A DNA stretch of 19,343 bases from Promethearchaeia archaeon. Its GTDB lineage: Archaea > Asgardarchaeota > Lokiarchaeia > Sigyniarchaeales > SOKP01. A model generated the notes under the pieces. It saw only the letters and a program-made list of their open reading frames with translations, was not told the DNA's origin and did no database searches. The stretch spans positions 1-19,343 of the forward strand of contig JAHQWJ010000123.1 in assembly GCA_029856125.1 (NCBI GenBank). Reading direction: 5' to 3'. Below are positions 9,314 to 16,525 of the stretch, one piece after another. How positions within the stretch are numbered: position 1 is the stretch's first letter; each line of letters opens with the position of its first letter. Position numbers and translations under genes: made by a program.

Positions 9314-10183
9314 TTAATCTATCTCTTTTTTTCCAAATATTCCTTGAGGTCTTACTACAAGCACTATTATAATGATTATTCCTGGAATCAACGGTGCAAA
9401 AGAGGGATCTAACACATAATTACAGATTGAAGTCGCATACCCAAGAATGTATGATCCCACTACACTCCCGGATAGACTCCCCATACCTCCAAGAATGACT
9501 ACAGCAAATGATTCTGTTAAGATACTCCAGCCTACATAAGGAGATATATATTGTCTTGGAACATTTAGAATTGCTGCAAATCCTGCGAGTGAAGCGGAGA
9601 GCATAACGACATACATAAGGATTCTGTCTGCATTTATACCCATGAGCATAGCCGCTTCTCGATCTTGGGCAACAGCTCTAATCGATTTTCCAAGTTTTGT
9701 TTTTCCGATAAATAAACTAACTAAAACTACAGTAATTACTGAAAGAATTATAATTAAAATATTCTGGGCACCAAATGTAACATCAAAGAGAGTAATGCTA
9801 CCTTCTATTAATGGATCCATCAATAAGGGCGATCCTATTCCAACTATTACTAAAATTAAAGCCTGAGCGAAGAAGGCAATGGCAAAAGTGATCATTAATG
9901 CCCCTATAGGAGATTTTAATAAAGGTTTAATACACAATAGGTATGAAGCAGCCCCGATAATCGATGCAGAAATCAATACAATGACGATTCCCCAAAAAAG
10001 ACCAAGACTCGCATAAACGACAACCCAGTAAAAAATATAGCCTGAAAGTAAATAAAATGCCCCATGAGCTAAGTTCATAACTCCACCTACTCCATAAACT
10101 AAAGAAAGCCCAATCGCAAGTAGAGAAATAACTGCTCCATGCACGGTACCGAAAATTATTATCTGAGGTATCTGAAATATCAA
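9314..10183 (-). CDS. livH: LIV-type ABC transporter permease
   Basis: AIGLSLVYGVGGVMNLAHG, TKLGKSIRAVAQDREAAMLMGIN, FAVVILGGMGS, RPQGIFG. Confidence 0.93.
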   Translation of the reverse strand: MIFQIPQIIIFGTVHGAVISLLAIGLSLVYGVGGVMNLAHGAFYLLSGYIFYWVVVYASLGLFWGIVIVLISASIIGAASYLLCIKPLLKSPIGALMITFAIAFFAQALILVIVGIGSPLLMDPLIEGSITLFDVTFGAQNILIIILSVITVVLVSLFIGKTKLGKSIRAVAQDREAAMLMGINADRILMYVVMLSASLAGFAAILNVPRQYISPYVGWSILTESFAVVILGGMGSLSGSVVGSYILGYATSICNYVLDPSFAPLIPGIIIIIVLVVRPQGIFGKKEID

Positions 10184-10377
10184 ATTAAATCAATCTCTTC
10201 AAAATAATATTATTTTTTTTTTTTATTTATCAGTTTTAATATTCTATTACTATCTTATATTATTTAAAAATAATCACAAATTTTTCTCTTAACCATCTTT
10301 ACAAATTAGTAATTAGCACTAAATTTAAGAAAATAAGAAAAAAAAAAGTTTATTTATATTTTAAATTTTGTTTTGTC

Positions 10378-11835
10378 CTAATTTATTCCCCACGTAGGCA
10401 ATAGAATAGTATTTGAACCTGCAAGCGAATCTGGATATACTCCTAACGGATAGTTTGACCAATCTCCATATGGACCTGCGTTATATCCGAGCGTATAAAA
10501 GGTGCTTTCTCCAGTAGGTATGCATTTTAGCTCTCCATCTTGCCATTGAGCAAATCTTGTCGTACCAAATGGCCAACCTTCCATGACATCGTGTCTTGTG
10601 TTTCCTAAATCTCCTGTTGTGTAAGCTAATTGTGGAGCCGAAACACCTCTGTCAGCAGTTAAATACGTAGTTCCGTTAAGTGTTTCTAGTTTTGCAATAA
10701 TATCTAACTCTTCAAATGATTGAGTTTCATTAATTGCCCATATTAACGTACCTACTGCATCATAAGTACCTGGTGCCGTATAGATCGTAGGACCATAACC
10801 AAATCTTGTGTTAAAATCAGAGTAAAATTGAGCGGAATAAGATGTCACATTCAATCCAGGAGTAAGCGTAGTCAATAACATTTGGTAATTACACGCTCCG
10901 CCCGTAGTTGCCCAATAATCTGTCATCTGTCCTTCAACATCTATGCCAAATACTGCACATTGAGGTTGTGTTATTCCGTATTGTTTCATCATTTGAATTC
11001 CAGTATCGCCTGAAACTACAGGTATAGCAATTTGAGCTCCATTTGATTCGACTAAATCCCAATAGGTTTCAAAATCAGGATTGGTAATATCGTAAGCTAC
11101 TTCGTACACTATACTGATATTAAGGGCACCTTCAAGGGCGTTGAAAAGATCTGACATACCCACAGTCCAATCAAGCTGCTCTCGAAGTATAGCTACGTTT
11201 CTCACTCTTCTTGATAAATTAGCTTCCATCTCATTTATTAGATGAGCCAATCCCTGTAAAATTTCAAAAGCAAGTTTACTACTTGAAATCGGTGTTTGTC
11301 TGAAGTAGTATTTATATCTTTCATAATTATCCTTAACATTTATACAGAATTCGTCAGTTGCAGAACCACAACCAAAGAACATTAAATCTTCGTCCATTGC
11401 TACTTCAACCATCGCTCTTGTAACTTCGGTTCTAAATCCACCAAATAGATATCTTGCTTCATCTACATAAATTAAGTTTTCGGCCGCAGCCAATCCGGTT
11501 GATATAGGTAACTGGGGATCATGTTCGTTTGTGTTTCGAGCTTTTACCGCAACATAATAGCGAGTGCCATTAACTACAATACCATTATCCTTGGTATTTA
11601 TATCGTATGCTGCTAACCAAGCTCCATTCCAACCTCCAGCACCTTGGATACCCTGTAAACCACCAAGATACCCGCATTTAATCCATTGATCGGAAGGTAT
11701 ACCTGAAACTCCTGGAGTCTCCCATCCTGCTTCTTGAGCTTGTGAAGTAAAAAACCAGACACCCACTCCAATCCCCGCGCCTGCGATTACTACTACTAGT
11801 ACTATCGCCACTATTCTTTTTGTGTTTTTTTCCAT
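10378..11835 (-). CDS. LivK-like ABC substrate-binding protein with an N-terminal membrane anchor
   Basis: Single N-terminal hydrophobic helix, GAWLAAYDIN, GGFRTEV, YYFR, VAILREQLDW, N-glycosylation sequons; first gene of the liv operon. ATG at 11835 follows AGTGAT. Confidence 0.88.
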   Translation of the reverse strand: MEKNTKRIVAIVLVVVIAGAGIGVGVWFFTSQAQEAGWETPGVSGIPSDQWIKCGYLGGLQGIQGAGGWNGAWLAAYDINTKDNGIVVNGTRYYVAVKARNTNEHDPQLPISTGLAAAENLIYVDEARYLFGGFRTEVTRAMVEVAMDEDLMFFGCGSATDEFCINVKDNYERYKYYFRQTPISSSKLAFEILQGLAHLINEMEANLSRRVRNVAILREQLDWTVGMSDLFNALEGALNISIVYEVAYDITNPDFETYWDLVESNGAQIAIPVVSGDTGIQMMKQYGITQPQCAVFGIDVEGQMTDYWATTGGACNYQMLLTTLTPGLNVTSYSAQFYSDFNTRFGYGPTIYTAPGTYDAVGTLIWAINETQSFEELDIIAKLETLNGTTYLTADRGVSAPQLAYTTGDLGNTRHDVMEGWPFGTTRFAQWQDGELKCIPTGESTFYTLGYNAGPYGDWSNYPLGVYPDSLAGSNTILLPTWGIN

Positions 11836-11910
11836 TTTTTTAATCACTTTATTTTTGTTAACTTTTTTTTTGACAAATTTAACTAACTAATTCTATTTCT
11901 GATAAACATA

Positions 11911-11925
11911 TATATAAACTTTCTC
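11911..11925 (-). promoter_or_regulatory. BRE-TATA promoter of the liv operon
   Basis: Minus strand GAGAAAG-TTTATATA, about 75 nt upstream of the ATG at 11835. Confidence 0.6.
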
Positions 11926-11959
11926 AATTAAAGACGCACTTATCATCCCAAAATTAATG

Positions 11960-11980
11960 AAAAGAGAAAAAAGCAAAAAA
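11960..11980 (-). terminator. Oligo-U tracts, candidate archaeal terminator of the acr3 operon
   Basis: Minus strand TTTTTTGCTTTTTTCTCTTTT, downstream of the SECIS-like hairpin and upstream of the liv promoter. Confidence 0.4.
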
Positions 11981-12027
11981 GCTTTTAAACCAATATAAAA
12001 CACTTCTTTTCACAATCTAGTATTAGT

Positions 12028-12093
12028 AGCATAAAGGAAGCAGTCCCTTTGTCAACCTTTCACTATGATTTTTTGAAAGGTCTCATCCATGCT
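12028..12093 (-). other. Candidate eukaryote/Lokiarchaeota-type SECIS element in the 3' UTR
   Basis: Minus strand AGCAU-GG-AUGA-GACCUUUCA-AAAAAUCAUAG-UGAAAGGUU-GA-C-AAAGGGA-CUGC-UUCCUUU-AUGCU. AUGA/GA core, 9-bp upper helix, A-rich apical loop, closing AGCAU/AUGCU helix. Confidence 0.7.
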
Positions 12094-12105
12094 TTTTGTT
12101 TTTTT

Positions 12106-12549
12106 TTACTTAAAATAGTGAGCAAAAGTTTTGTGTTCTTTTCCGTATTTTTTCATGATTACTCTCTTGAACATTCCAAAATCGAGTCGTTCTCTCATGT
12201 TATCAGCTCATCAATCGGCGTGGACTATAAGAGTTATGTCGCTGTTCGAATAAAGATTGAAGTTAACATCGTCCAGAAGAGGCATAAACTCTTTGTTCGG
12301 TCCATAGGCATTACATGCACAATCTTCGTAAATCGCATTCTTTTGTGGGTTCCAGATTAATTGGAGATAGCTCTTAATCAGTCCTTTATACATTGGAAAC
12401 GGTGAAAGCTTGGGATTGTTAAGGAGCTGTCTATCTATCGTAGCCAACGCTTCAATTATCGTTCCTTCTTCCTCAATAGATACTTCGTACTCAATTCCGT
12501 TTGCGAGCTCTTTTTCAGGTCCAAAAATTGTTAGTTTAATTTTTTTAAT
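12106..12549 (-). CDS. Candidate ubiquitin-like (MoaD/ThiS/SAMP beta-grasp) selenoprotein with tandem UGA-UGA, 147 aa if both are read through
   Basis: AGGTGA RBS then ATT at 12549. (M)KKIKLTIFGPEKELANGIEYEVSIEEEGTIIEALATID...EDCAC...NFNLYSNSDITLIVHAD-TGA-TGA-ADNMRERLDFGMFKRVIMKKYGKEHKTFAHYFK-TAA. TGAs at 12211-12213 and 12208-12210. The coding region 12211..12549 is well supported; readthrough is inferred. Confidence 0.7.
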
Positions 12550-12594
12550 CTAATATCACCTTTTTAAAAAAGAAATGAATGAAACGAATTAAGC

Positions 12595-13044
12595 TTATAA
12601 TAACCCTTTTTCCTTTAGAAGTCCGGGTAAATCTTTCTTTAATGCGAATGAAGTAATAAATTTCTTTGTACCATCAACGACAACGCAATTGCCATTTAAA
12701 TTAAGTTTACGAGCATCGTCAGAATCTAAGTCTTTTGTTTCAAACCTTATGTGTTTCATATAAGGGCTAAGTGCCGAAAATACAAGGTTCATAAATTGAG
12801 ACCAAACGCATTCGCAAGCGTTCAGAGGAACATATACATCTACGGATAGTTTATTCGTTTCTATATTTGCTGTCTCTTTCAAATTAATTTCGTGAGTATT
12901 AGGCGATTCTTTTGAAGTTGAGCCCTGACAACAAGAATCTGATGAACCACAACAAGAATTTGACGTACCACAGCTTGATTCCTCTAAGTTTATTTGACTA
13001 TTTTGGTTTTCGCTAACCGATATTTTTATTTCTTCTTTTTCCAT
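12595..13044 (-). CDS. Cys-rich protein with a thioredoxin-like/ArsD-like C-terminal domain, putative metalloid chaperone
   Basis: SSCGTSNSCCGSSDSCCQG low-complexity arm, then VDVYVPLNACEC-helix-strand...CVVVDG-helix; located in the acr3 operon. Confidence 0.6.
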   Translation of the reverse strand: MEKEEIKISVSENQNSQINLEESSCGTSNSCCGSSDSCCQGSTSKESPNTHEINLKETANIETNKLSVDVYVPLNACECVWSQFMNLVFSALSPYMKHIRFETKDLDSDDARKLNLNGNCVVVDGTKKFITSFALKKDLPGLLKEKGLL

Positions 13045-13104
13045 TTTTTCTACCTTTTAATTAATATTTTATAATTCCAAATTTGAGTAAATTTTGATAC
13101 ATTT

Positions 13105-13467
13105 TTAACCGCAGCAATTTGAAGTTGTTTCACTTTCATCTTCTGGACCACAAGCACAGCTATTTATGTCTTGATTTCCAGATTTGGCATTTTTTGCTTT
13201 TGCTCTCGCGTTCCATAAACAACCGCACCCTTTCTTTTCCATCATAATGATCGCTTCAACGGGACAATTCCTCTTACAAGCACTACACTCAGTACATAGT
13301 TCAGGATTTTTAATTTCGTATTTCCCAGAATCTGTTTGTTGTGGAAGCCCAAAGGGACACACTTCTGCACATAAACCGCATTTATTGCATAAATTTTCAT
13401 TTATAAATATTTTAAAATCTTTTATAGATAATTTGTCTAAACGAGCTTTAAATTCTGCTTCAGTCAT
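13105..13467 (-). CDS. HgcB-like 2[4Fe-4S] ferredoxin with a Cys-rich tail
   Basis: CNKCGLCAEVCP and CTECSACKRNCP, then GCGCLW, SCACG and terminal NCCG; directly follows the hgcA-like gene; GAGGT RBS. Confidence 0.85.
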   Translation of the reverse strand: MTEAEFKARLDKLSIKDFKIFINENLCNKCGLCAEVCPFGLPQQTDSGKYEIKNPELCTECSACKRNCPVEAIIMMEKKGCGCLWNARAKAKNAKSGNQDINSCACGPEDESETTSNCCG

Positions 13468-13520
13468 TATACATACCTCTTAAATATCAATTTCTTTTTA
13501 ATTTTTTGTATTATTTTTTA

Positions 13521-15188
13521 TTAGAAAAAAATGATTCCAATTACTAATGAAATCAAACTTATAGTTAATAAAACTTTATTTAAAATCTTAAAACGGGGGT
13601 ACTCTTCTTGTATTTCACTAGGACTAGTAGCCATCGTATATCCACTTAACGACATGGTTGAAAAAAATGAAACCCAAAGGAAAAAACTTAAGTTAAAAAG
13701 CGTGAAAATTATCGATTTGTGAAATAAAAAAGAGATTATTCCTAAAATAAAAATATTCAAAGTTCCAAAGAAGATTCCCTTAAGAATAAATCGACGAGTG
13801 AAATTTGCTAGTGGATATGTAAAAGTTATGATAAAATTTGCCGTAACTATCCAGAGTAATAATTCGCCAACCCACCATAATTTAGCGAATAAATTAAGAG
13901 AGTTAAGTATAAGGAATACAAGGAATAAACCTATAAGTGGTAACAAGAAAATCTTTCTTAATAAAAATGTTGTATGCGTGATAAAACCACGAAACCGATG
14001 TTTTAGGGTGAATTTCGCAAGTTTCATTCTATCGGGTTTTCGAGCAGGCCTTTTTTCAAGGAACTCGGGTAAATCTTTAGACCAAACAGGTCCATAAACA
14101 ACTCGAAAAGGAAAATCTTTAGATTTTTTCTGCAATTCTGGAGTAGCTACTCCTCCTGCAGATAATTGTGGGAGAATTAAAGTTTTTTTATTCGTTAAAC
14201 TTTCAATACCAGTAGCTTCAACTGCCTCTACTAGTTGGTTATTTCCAAAATCATTTCCTCTCGCAGCACACCACACATTAATACCGTTAGAGTCAACACA
14301 TAATACCCATGCATCAATACCCTTAAGATCTCTCATTACTTTAATGTAAGTGAATTCATAGTTAGCAGTCACTATTATAGGAGAGGATTCAGTAGGATTT
14401 CCAGATTTGTAAATACCGGGATCTATTGGAACGAGATCAATTTGTCCTGTATAAATGCAGCGATATATTCTTAACTGCGATTTTATTCCTTTGAATCGTT
14501 TTGGTCTAGGTTGATAATATCCTGGCTCAGTGATTCCTTCATCGTCGTTCTTTATGAGTTCGAGAGCTTGAATTGTTCCGTGTTTCCAGTCTTTATTACC
14601 TTTGATTTTGAATCCAATTGGTTCAATATAGGTGAAGAACCATTTTAATAGAAAAGTACTCCGTAATTTTAGACGCCTAAGTTTCTTTTTATATCTCCAT
14701 CTTTTTATTTTAAAGATCATTTTCCAAAAACCACTTGGAACAAATTCTGCAGCAATTATTAACTTACCACTTGGTTTTAATACTTTCCAAACATTTCTAA
14801 GGAAGATTTGTTGTTCAAAAGGTCGAAGTTCTGAAAGCATAAACGTGCTAATTACTAAATCTTGAGAATTAGCTTCCACAGGCATGTTGGAAAATGATCC
14901 AGTTTGATATAAGAGCGTTCCTTCCTTCAAATCTGAAGGATAATTCTGCATTGCATGATTAATCATCTGAAAATTTATATCTATCGCCGTAACATTATTT
15001 CCTTTTAACGCCATTTGAGAGGCGAGGCTTCCAGTCCCACATCCAACTTCTAAGATCGATTTAGAGGTACCAATTTTATCAAGTACCCATTCTCTAACGC
15101 TTAAATTTACACCTTTAGTAAGTGCTGTGAATTTAGAATCATAACTATCGGGCTCTTGTTCGAGTTTACGCATGTATACTACGGCCAT
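13521..15188 (-). CDS. Fusion of a class I SAM methyltransferase, an HgcA-like (CdhD-family) corrinoid-binding domain and a C-terminal transmembrane domain
   Basis: N-term ILEVGCGTG, VTAIDIN, VLKPSGKLII. Middle PGIYKSGNP..SPIIVTANY, AWVLCVDSNGINVWCAARG, LILPQLSAGGV, FRVVYGPV. About 5 TM helices with MSLSGYTMATSPSEIQEE. ATG at 15188 preferred over TTG at 15197. Confidence 0.88.
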   Translation of the reverse strand: MAVVYMRKLEQEPDSYDSKFTALTKGVNLSVREWVLDKIGTSKSILEVGCGTGSLASQMALKGNNVTAIDINFQMINHAMQNYPSDLKEGTLLYQTGSFSNMPVEANSQDLVISTFMLSELRPFEQQIFLRNVWKVLKPSGKLIIAAEFVPSGFWKMIFKIKRWRYKKKLRRLKLRSTFLLKWFFTYIEPIGFKIKGNKDWKHGTIQALELIKNDDEGITEPGYYQPRPKRFKGIKSQLRIYRCIYTGQIDLVPIDPGIYKSGNPTESSPIIVTANYEFTYIKVMRDLKGIDAWVLCVDSNGINVWCAARGNDFGNNQLVEAVEATGIESLTNKKTLILPQLSAGGVATPELQKKSKDFPFRVVYGPVWSKDLPEFLEKRPARKPDRMKLAKFTLKHRFRGFITHTTFLLRKIFLLPLIGLFLVFLILNSLNLFAKLWWVGELLLWIVTANFIITFTYPLANFTRRFILKGIFFGTLNIFILGIISFLFHKSIIFTLFNLSFFLWVSFFSTMSLSGYTMATSPSEIQEEYPRFKILNKVLLTISLISLVIGIIFF

Positions 15189-15225
15189 TAATATCAATCC
15201 TATTTAGTTTTTTAATACTTTTTTA

Positions 15226-16344
15226 TTACTTTGAATTAGATTTCCAAAACCCTCGTTTCCCAAGGAATTTTCCAAGATATACCATTGCAAGCATAACAGG
15301 CACTTCCCAAAATAAGCCCATTGTAGTTCCTAAAGCCGCTACGGACCCAACACCATACATTGCGACAGCTGTTGCGATAGCAATTTCAAAGTGACTTGAT
15401 GAGCCGATAATTATGGTAATAATCGCTTCTTTATACTTCATTTTGAAGATCTTAGTAATAAAAACATTGTAAACAACCACTATTACAAAACCTACTAAGA
15501 GTGGAATTGAGATTAGTAGCAACAAATCAGGATTATTTATAAGAACATCGCCGTTTAGGGAAAATAAAACCACTAAAGTTGTCAATAAAGCAACAATTGA
15601 AATTTTTCCTACAAATGGTTTATAGCTATCATTAAACCACGATAATCCTTTCGAAGTGATGATTAATCTCTTACTTACTATCCCTAAAAATAACGGAATC
15701 CCAATGAAGAATATTAAAGAGATTAACAGCAACCATGGATCAACTATAATCCCAGGCGTGAGAATATTTTGAATACCTGTTAATAAAGAAACCATTCCTA
15801 CGTACAAAAAGATTATTGTAATCGTATTTAAGCTTGTATTTACTACATTTTGCTCCTGATTACCCTTCGCCATCCACCCCCAAACTAACACCATAGCCGT
15901 ACAAGGCGAGCTTGATAGTAAAATTATCGCAACTTTTAGTTGTTGTATAGATTCAGTTGTACCCGGTAGAAATATATTAATCATTGCCAAACCTACAAAA
16001 GGAGCTATGAGCCAATTAGAAATTAGTGTTAAGATTATAGGTTTTGGATTTTTACGTAGTTTTTTCAATTCTGATGCTTGTAGATTTAACATCGCAGGGT
16101 ACATCATTAAAAATAAACAAATTCCAATTGGTATAGAAATACCTCCAATTTGCAAAGAATTTATTGCTTGACTTATCTCAGGTATAAACTGGGAGAGCGC
16201 GATACCTATGATGATACAGAGTACCACCCATATAGGGAGAAGCTTTTCGAAGTAGTTAATCTTTCTTGATTTTTGTTTTGCTTCTTCTGAATTATTGCTG
16301 TTGTCTAATATCTTATTTTCAATATTTTCTTCAACCATAATCAT
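15226..16344 (-). CDS. acr3: ACR3-family arsenite efflux transporter
   Basis: LFLMMYP, NWLIAPF, PCTAMVLVW, SSHFEIAIATA, EVPVML; about 10 TM. Start is ATG 16344 or 16338. Confidence 0.95.
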   Translation of the reverse strand: MIMVEENIENKILDNSNNSEEAKQKSRKINYFEKLLPIWVVLCIIIGIALSQFIPEISQAINSLQIGGISIPIGICLFLMMYPAMLNLQASELKKLRKNPKPIILTLISNWLIAPFVGLAMINIFLPGTTESIQQLKVAIILLSSSPCTAMVLVWGWMAKGNQEQNVVNTSLNTITIIFLYVGMVSLLTGIQNILTPGIIVDPWLLLISLIFFIGIPLFLGIVSKRLIITSKGLSWFNDSYKPFVGKISIVALLTTLVVLFSLNGDVLINNPDLLLLISIPLLVGFVIVVVYNVFITKIFKMKYKEAIITIIIGSSSHFEIAIATAVAMYGVGSVAALGTTMGLFWEVPVMLAMVYLGKFLGKRGFWKSNSK

Positions 16345-16396
16345 CAATTAATTTTTGAATTTTCTTTTCTAACTCTATATTCATTTTTAATTTTGG

Positions 16397-16429
16397 TTAT
16401 AAAGTTCATGTTCTTTATACATGAAACTT
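16397..16429. promoter_or_regulatory. acr3 TATA box overlapped by an inverted repeat, candidate ArsR operator
   Basis: TTCATGT-N7-ACATGAA at 16405-16425, extendable to 16402-16429 with one bulge; minus-strand TTTATAA at 16397-16403. Confidence 0.55.
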
Positions 16430-16449
16430 GAGATATAATATTATTAGTT

Positions 16450-16516
16450 AAATTTAAGGTTATCGATTTGAGTAAATATGGGGCTCTAAATCCTATAAAT
16501 TTATATTTATCGATTT
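16450..16516 (+). repeat. Imperfect 20-bp direct repeat upstream of arsR
   Basis: AAATTTAAGGTTATCGATTT (16450-16469) and AAATTTATATTTATCGATTT (16497-16516), 17/20 identical. Confidence 0.55.
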
Positions 16517-16525
16517 ATTCATTAC

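Noticed and set aside
1781-9866. Short ORFs at 1781, 5709, 6159, 6982, 7899, 8296, 8791, 8809 and 9642
   Set aside because: All overlap well-supported genes on the opposite strand or in another frame and show no family motifs.
12208-12213. TGA-TGA as a pseudogene lesion
   Set aside because: Two adjacent nonsense mutations at the exact Gly-Gly position, followed by a SECIS-like hairpin, are unlikely as decay. A plain double stop remains possible and is kept as the alternative.
12049-12360. 103-aa plus-strand ORF
   Set aside because: Antisense to the Ubl gene and its SECIS-like hairpin; TTG start with no RBS; against the direction of the operon.
13521-15188. Calling this gene arsM or canonical hgcA
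   Set aside because: The MTase domain lacks ArsM cysteines, and the cap helix and domain architecture deviate from canonical HgcA, so Hg methylation cannot be asserted; no symbol given.
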